Virus record (IMG/VR): IMGVR_UViG_3300023096_000002
Location: 6,894-70,893 of that record
Length of the DNA stretch: 64,000 nucleotides
Origin: a virus
Reading direction: 5' to 3' (one strand)
Below are positions 60,091-64,000 of this stretch, piece by piece. Under the pieces are notes generated by a model. The model was given only the letters and a program-made list of their open reading frames with translations, had not been told where the DNA came from and made no database searches. A program made the position numbers and the translations under genes. Numbering within the stretch: the first letter of the stretch is position 1; every line of letters starts with the position of its first letter.

Positions 60091-60184
60091 GCGAGAAGCG
60101 ATCCCTCGCCAGACCATCAATGAATGGATTGAACAATTAGACCACTTGACGGAGCAGCTCAGACTGCTCAGGGGATATAAATGA
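59999..60184 (+). CDS. Small hypothetical protein
   Basis: Bridges DnaE and the primase with an ATGA overlap. Confidence 0.4.
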   Translation: MTERPSGKAVLEEVSRITARITGRSSGLLVKREAIPRQTINEWIEQLDHLTEQLRLLRGYK

Positions 60185-62427
60185 AAGTCTCATCGCTTGC
60201 CGACATTCCATCCATTGCGAAATATCTAGCTCGTATCGCAGCCGAACCGCGTTCCATGAAAACAGCGGTTGTCAAAGAAATCCAGGGTCGCTACTGGCGC
60301 GACGTTGCAGTCATCCGCATCAAGGATGACGGGGAAATTGATGCTCCGGAAGCCTATGCGCCGACGGAGCTTGAAGCCAGCACCATCAAAGGAGAGTTCG
60401 GTGTATACAGTTTTCCGGGAATGGTCCGCTTGGAAAAGCTCATCAATCTTCCCAAGCTACTTGCAGACGCTCCGAAGGATACCATCTACGAATTCCGTGA
60501 TGAGCGCAATCAAATCATCATGCTTCAACAGCGTATCGATCCTCGTGCTGACCAGGAAGAGCTCCAGAAGCGATACGTTCCTTGGACGTATTGGGACGAT
60601 GACGTTTGGCGGAAGGCTGAGCCTGAAGGAGGCCTCCCACTTTGGGGGCTTGATCAGCTTAAAGATTGCGCAACCGTCTTTATCCATGAGGGAGCTAAAG
60701 CTGCAAAGCGCGTTCGCGACATGGTGGAAAAGTGGTCTGGTAGCCGCATCGGAAAGGGCAAGACTGCAGACATTCACCCTTGGTTTGAAGAGCTTTGCGG
60801 AGCAGCTCATGTGGGCTGGATCGGTGGCGCGCTCAGCCCTTACCGTACCGATTGGGGCGCCATCATGCGGATGGGCGTCAAGAGAGCCTACATTGTCAGT
60901 GATAACGATACCCCCGGTGTCGCCGCCGTTGCTCCGATTTCTCAGCAGCTCAAAATTCCAACGTTTCACGTACAGTTCACCAGTGAATTTCCGGTAGGCT
61001 TTGACCTCGGCGATGACTTCCCACGCGACATGTTCAAGGACATTAACGGCGCGAAGCATTATGTAGGTCCGGGCTTCCAGAGTTGCGTCCACCCCGCCAC
61101 TTGGGCTACGGATCGCATCATACCCAAAAAGGGTAGACCGACTATCATGTTGAGGGAAAACTTCAAAGGCATGTGGTCCTACGTTGAAGAAGCCGACGTC
61201 TATGTCTGCAATGAAATGACCAGCATCGTAAGGCCTGAGAAAATACTTAACACCATGCTCAGCGGTTTCAGTCATTCTGCTAACACCTGCCAGCTGATGG
61301 CGGCGGCATACCGTGGGCGCAACGTAAAGCTGAGCTACAGGCCAGACCTTCCCAGCGGACTTATAGCAAACGGAGAGACCAGTGCCATCAACCTACACCG
61401 TCCAACGCAGATTAAGAGCTATCCGGGCGATCCGAAACCCTTCCTTGATTTTATGGAATACATGTTTCCCATCAAGGCTGACCGGCACGAGATGCTACGC
61501 TGGTGCGCAACTCTCATCGCTAAGCCGGAAATGCGCATGGAGTACGGAGTTCTCCTCATCAGCGAAATGCAGGGTATCGGAAAGACAACGCTCGGTGAGA
61601 AAATCCTTGGTCCTCTTGTCGGGGAAAGTAATACTGGCTTCCCCTCAGAGAAGGACGTTACAGAAAGCAGCTTCAACGAGTGGCTGGCGAACAAGCGCCT
61701 TATTGTCATCGGTGAAATCTACTCTGGCCATTCATGGAAAGCATATCAGACACTTAAAGGGTATATCACGGATAACAAGATCGAAGTTAACCAGAAATTC
61801 ATGCGCCAATATAAGATCGAGAACTGGATCCACGTTTTCGCTTGTTCTAACTCTCTTAAAGCCCTCAAGATTGAAGAACAGGACCGACGTTGGTTTTGCC
61901 CAAAGGTCACCGAACACAAATGGGAACCGAAAAGGTTCAAGGAGTTCAATGACTGGATCAACAGCGGCGGTCTCTCGATCGTGAAGCATTGGGCCGAGCA
62001 GTTTGGTGACTACATCGGCCGTGGACAAAAGGCACCGGACAGCACGATTAAGACGCAGCTCATCAGCGAGAGCTACAGCGACGAAGAGCGTGAAGCCGAA
62101 GCCTTGGCTGAAGGCATTGCCAGTGAAAAGGAGCACGTTTGCGTTGCCCTGAAGGCGACCGCCGCTTGGGCGAAGCAGAAGGTCGGAGGGCGTGCATTCA
62201 GCAGCGATCATCAGATCAAGAAAGCTATGATGCGGCAGGGGATGGTCGCCGCCGGGAAGCGGATAAGGGTCGCAGGCACGCTACAAGTCGTGATGATTAG
62301 TCCCGAACTTTATAAAGCCCACCAAGAATTCCTTATGGATGAGGTGCAACAGGACACGCCGGAAATGATTGACTTCCTGCGCCGCTACCTGAAAGCACCG
62401 GAGGCTCTGCTCGCTACTGAGATGTAA
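60181..62427 (+). CDS. Primase-helicase (TOPRIM-like + SF3/DUF5906 NTPase)
   Basis: IHEG, SDND.PG and FDLGD (TOPRIM); QGIGKT, FNEW and CSN..ALKI...DRRW (helicase). Confidence 0.85.
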   Translation: MKVSSLADIPSIAKYLARIAAEPRSMKTAVVKEIQGRYWRDVAVIRIKDDGEIDAPEAYAPTELEASTIKGEFGVYSFPGMVRLEKLINLPKLLADAPKDTIYEFRDERNQIIMLQQRIDPRADQEELQKRYVPWTYWDDDVWRKAEPEGGLPLWGLDQLKDCATVFIHEGAKAAKRVRDMVEKWSGSRIGKGKTADIHPWFEELCGAAHVGWIGGALSPYRTDWGAIMRMGVKRAYIVSDNDTPGVAAVAPISQQLKIPTFHVQFTSEFPVGFDLGDDFPRDMFKDINGAKHYVGPGFQSCVHPATWATDRIIPKKGRPTIMLRENFKGMWSYVEEADVYVCNEMTSIVRPEKILNTMLSGFSHSANTCQLMAAAYRGRNVKLSYRPDLPSGLIANGETSAINLHRPTQIKSYPGDPKPFLDFMEYMFPIKADRHEMLRWCATLIAKPEMRMEYGVLLISEMQGIGKTTLGEKILGPLVGESNTGFPSEKDVTESSFNEWLANKRLIVIGEIYSGHSWKAYQTLKGYITDNKIEVNQKFMRQYKIENWIHVFACSNSLKALKIEEQDRRWFCPKVTEHKWEPKRFKEFNDWINSGGLSIVKHWAEQFGDYIGRGQKAPDSTIKTQLISESYSDEEREAEALAEGIASEKEHVCVALKATAAWAKQKVGGRAFSSDHQIKKAMMRQGMVAAGKRIRVAGTLQVVMISPELYKAHQEFLMDEVQQDTPEMIDFLRRYLKAPEALLATEM

Positions 62428-62437
62428 TTAGCTGTGG

Positions 62438-62471
62438 CCCGCAAGGCAATTGACGTTGCTTTGCGGGCTTT
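62438..62471 (+). terminator. Hairpin after the primase-helicase gene
   Basis: CCCGCAAGGCAA...TTGCTTTGCGGG followed by CTTT. Confidence 0.5.
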
Positions 62472-62508
62472 GCCATGCCATAAATAACAGGTATTTAAAG
62501 GGACAAAG

Positions 62509-64000
62509 ATGAAAATCACTATCGGGGAAAAAGATACGATCGTTGAGGGCTCTCTCGGCAATCGCATGGTCAAGCTGGTGCTCAAGTTGCGCGGCCGGAA
62601 GGGCTACAACAAAGCTCATCAGTATAAGTTTGAGAGCGTCCAGGCCAACATCAACTTGTTTTTGGAGCTGTATCCGGAATGCGAAGTGTTCGACGAGCGT
62701 GAGGCGCAGAAGGCTTCCCGCATGAACCAACTGCAGGGAATGATCAACTTCACGAGACCCAAAAGGCCTGAGTTTGTTGGCACCGGGGACTTATATGCTC
62801 ATCAGGTGCGGGCGCTCGAGAAGGGCGGTCCGATGAAATTGTTCGCGTTGTTCATGGGAACCGGGACTGGCAAAACCAAGGTCGCCTTGAACAAAAGCGT
62901 CAAGCATTTCTGCGATGGTGATATTGACGCCGTGGTAGTCATCACGCTCAAGGGTGTTCACACTCAGTGGGTTGATGAACAGATACCGGCGCATGTCCAT
63001 GAAAGTATTCCATACGTGGCGCATGCATGGGCTGGCTTCAAAACCGTGATGGAGAAACGGAAGTTCGAGTTCTTCATAAAGCAGCCGAAGCTCCAGTTCC
63101 TCAGCATGAACTTTGATAGTTTCCGTGGTGACAAAGCCTACAACCTCCTGCGGCGGTTCCTAACGCGGCATAGCGGGCGCGTCATCATCATCTTGGACGA
63201 GAGTCAAGAAATTGCCACGTTTGACAGTGAGCGCTCACGCACGCTGCAGGAGTTCGGCAAGTTCGTTGATTACAAGATCATTATGAGCGGTACGCCGATC
63301 CCGAAGAACCTTGTCAACGAGTGGTCCCAGTTCCTGTTCCTCAGTGAAGACATTGTCGGCCAGCGCTACGTGACGGCATTCCGTGCGGAGTATTGCACGA
63401 TGGGCGGCTTCCAGGACAGTCAGGTCGTCGGCCACAAAAACCTGGAGCGATTTAACAGTCTGGTCGCGCCGTACATTTTCCGCGTCACCAAGGAGACTGA
63501 GCTTGATCTACCGCCGAAAAATTACACTCGCGAGACTTTTGAGATGCATGAAGAGCAGCTCAAACACTACACAAATCTTAGAAAGAACTTTCTCTCGAAG
63601 CTTGCAACGGGCGAGGTGGCGACAGTCGCAAACGCGGCGGTATTGGTCACCCGCCTACAGCAGATTTCAAACGGATACCTTGTCGATGAGGATGGCACGT
63701 ATCACGAGCTTCCTAACCCAAGACTTGAGCTACTCAAGAAGATTGATAGTCGCATCGAAGGCAAGAAGATTGTTTGGGCGCACTTCAATCGCGACGTTGG
63801 AATGATCGGTCAGCACTTTGGCAAGCGTCACGTTCAATATGTCGGCAGCACCAGCACAAAGGATCGCGACTATGCAAAGGCTGCGTTCATGGACCCAGAC
63901 AGTGGCATCGATATATTCCTTTCAAACCCTGCCGCCGGAGGAACCGGACTCAACCTTCAGGGAGAATGCGCCACTGCGATCTATTATAACAACTCATTCA
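62509..64000 (+). CDS. SNF2-family helicase, partial (runs off window end)
   Basis: Not in the ORF track. ATG at 62509; YAHQ, MGTGTGKT, ILDESQ, MSGTP, RLQQI and NPAAGGTGLNLQ motifs. Confidence 0.9.
   Translation, partial: MKITIGEKDTIVEGSLGNRMVKLVLKLRGRKGYNKAHQYKFESVQANINLFLELYPECEVFDEREAQKASRMNQLQGMINFTRPKRPEFVGTGDLYAHQVRALEKGGPMKLFALFMGTGTGKTKVALNKSVKHFCDGDIDAVVVITLKGVHTQWVDEQIPAHVHESIPYVAHAWAGFKTVMEKRKFEFFIKQPKLQFLSMNFDSFRGDKAYNLLRRFLTRHSGRVIIILDESQEIATFDSERSRTLQEFGKFVDYKIIMSGTPIPKNLVNEWSQFLFLSEDIVGQRYVTAFRAEYCTMGGFQDSQVVGHKNLERFNSLVAPYIFRVTKETELDLPPKNYTRETFEMHEEQLKHYTNLRKNFLSKLATGEVATVANAAVLVTRLQQISNGYLVDEDGTYHELPNPRLELLKKIDSRIEGKKIVWAHFNRDVGMIGQHFGKRHVQYVGSTSTKDRDYAKAAFMDPDSGIDIFLSNPAAGGTGLNLQGECATAIYYNNSF

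Noticed and set aside
1-64000. Prophage/lysogeny module and endolysin
   Set aside because: No integrase, CI-like repressor, host genes or peptidoglycan hydrolase was recognised in the window.

Overview
The window is most of a lytic alphaproteobacterial (Rhizobiales-type) myophage genome. Its unusually Cys-rich structural genes and gene order resemble Agrobacterium phages Milano/7-7-1; this is from recall and no search was run. Positions 1-28.5 kb (minus strand) hold the late genes: Mu-like baseplate, tape measure, tube, sheath, neck, HK97-fold head, portal and TerL. A collagen fibre and two beta-propeller genes sit between TerL and TerS, and a NusG paralogue precedes a multi-hairpin leader. 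Positions 28.5-34.5 kb are a regulatory/early zone with a G/C-skew switch, several repeats, and about 3.5 kb in which 5'-GA-3' is strongly avoided on the + strand only (5'-TC-3' on the coding strand). Positions 34-49.5 kb (minus strand) carry dozens of small accessory genes, including DUF932, a stand-alone WYL domain, a stand-alone CapW-like wHTH and a tandem MazG. Positions 49.6-64 kb (plus strand) form the replication operon: SSB-like protein, DnaQ-like exonuclease, DnaE split into two genes, primase-helicase and SNF2 helicase. Embedded in it is a coupled cluster of HD nucleotidase, divergent ThyX, nucleotide N-glycosidase, HAD phosphatase, SDR, VOC enzyme and a DUF6378-like protein. This cluster is the best candidate for an undescribed modified-nucleotide pathway, possibly linked to the strand-specific dinucleotide avoidance. 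No integrase, tRNA, CRISPR array or endolysin was recognised. All assignments come from motif recognition and hand counts.
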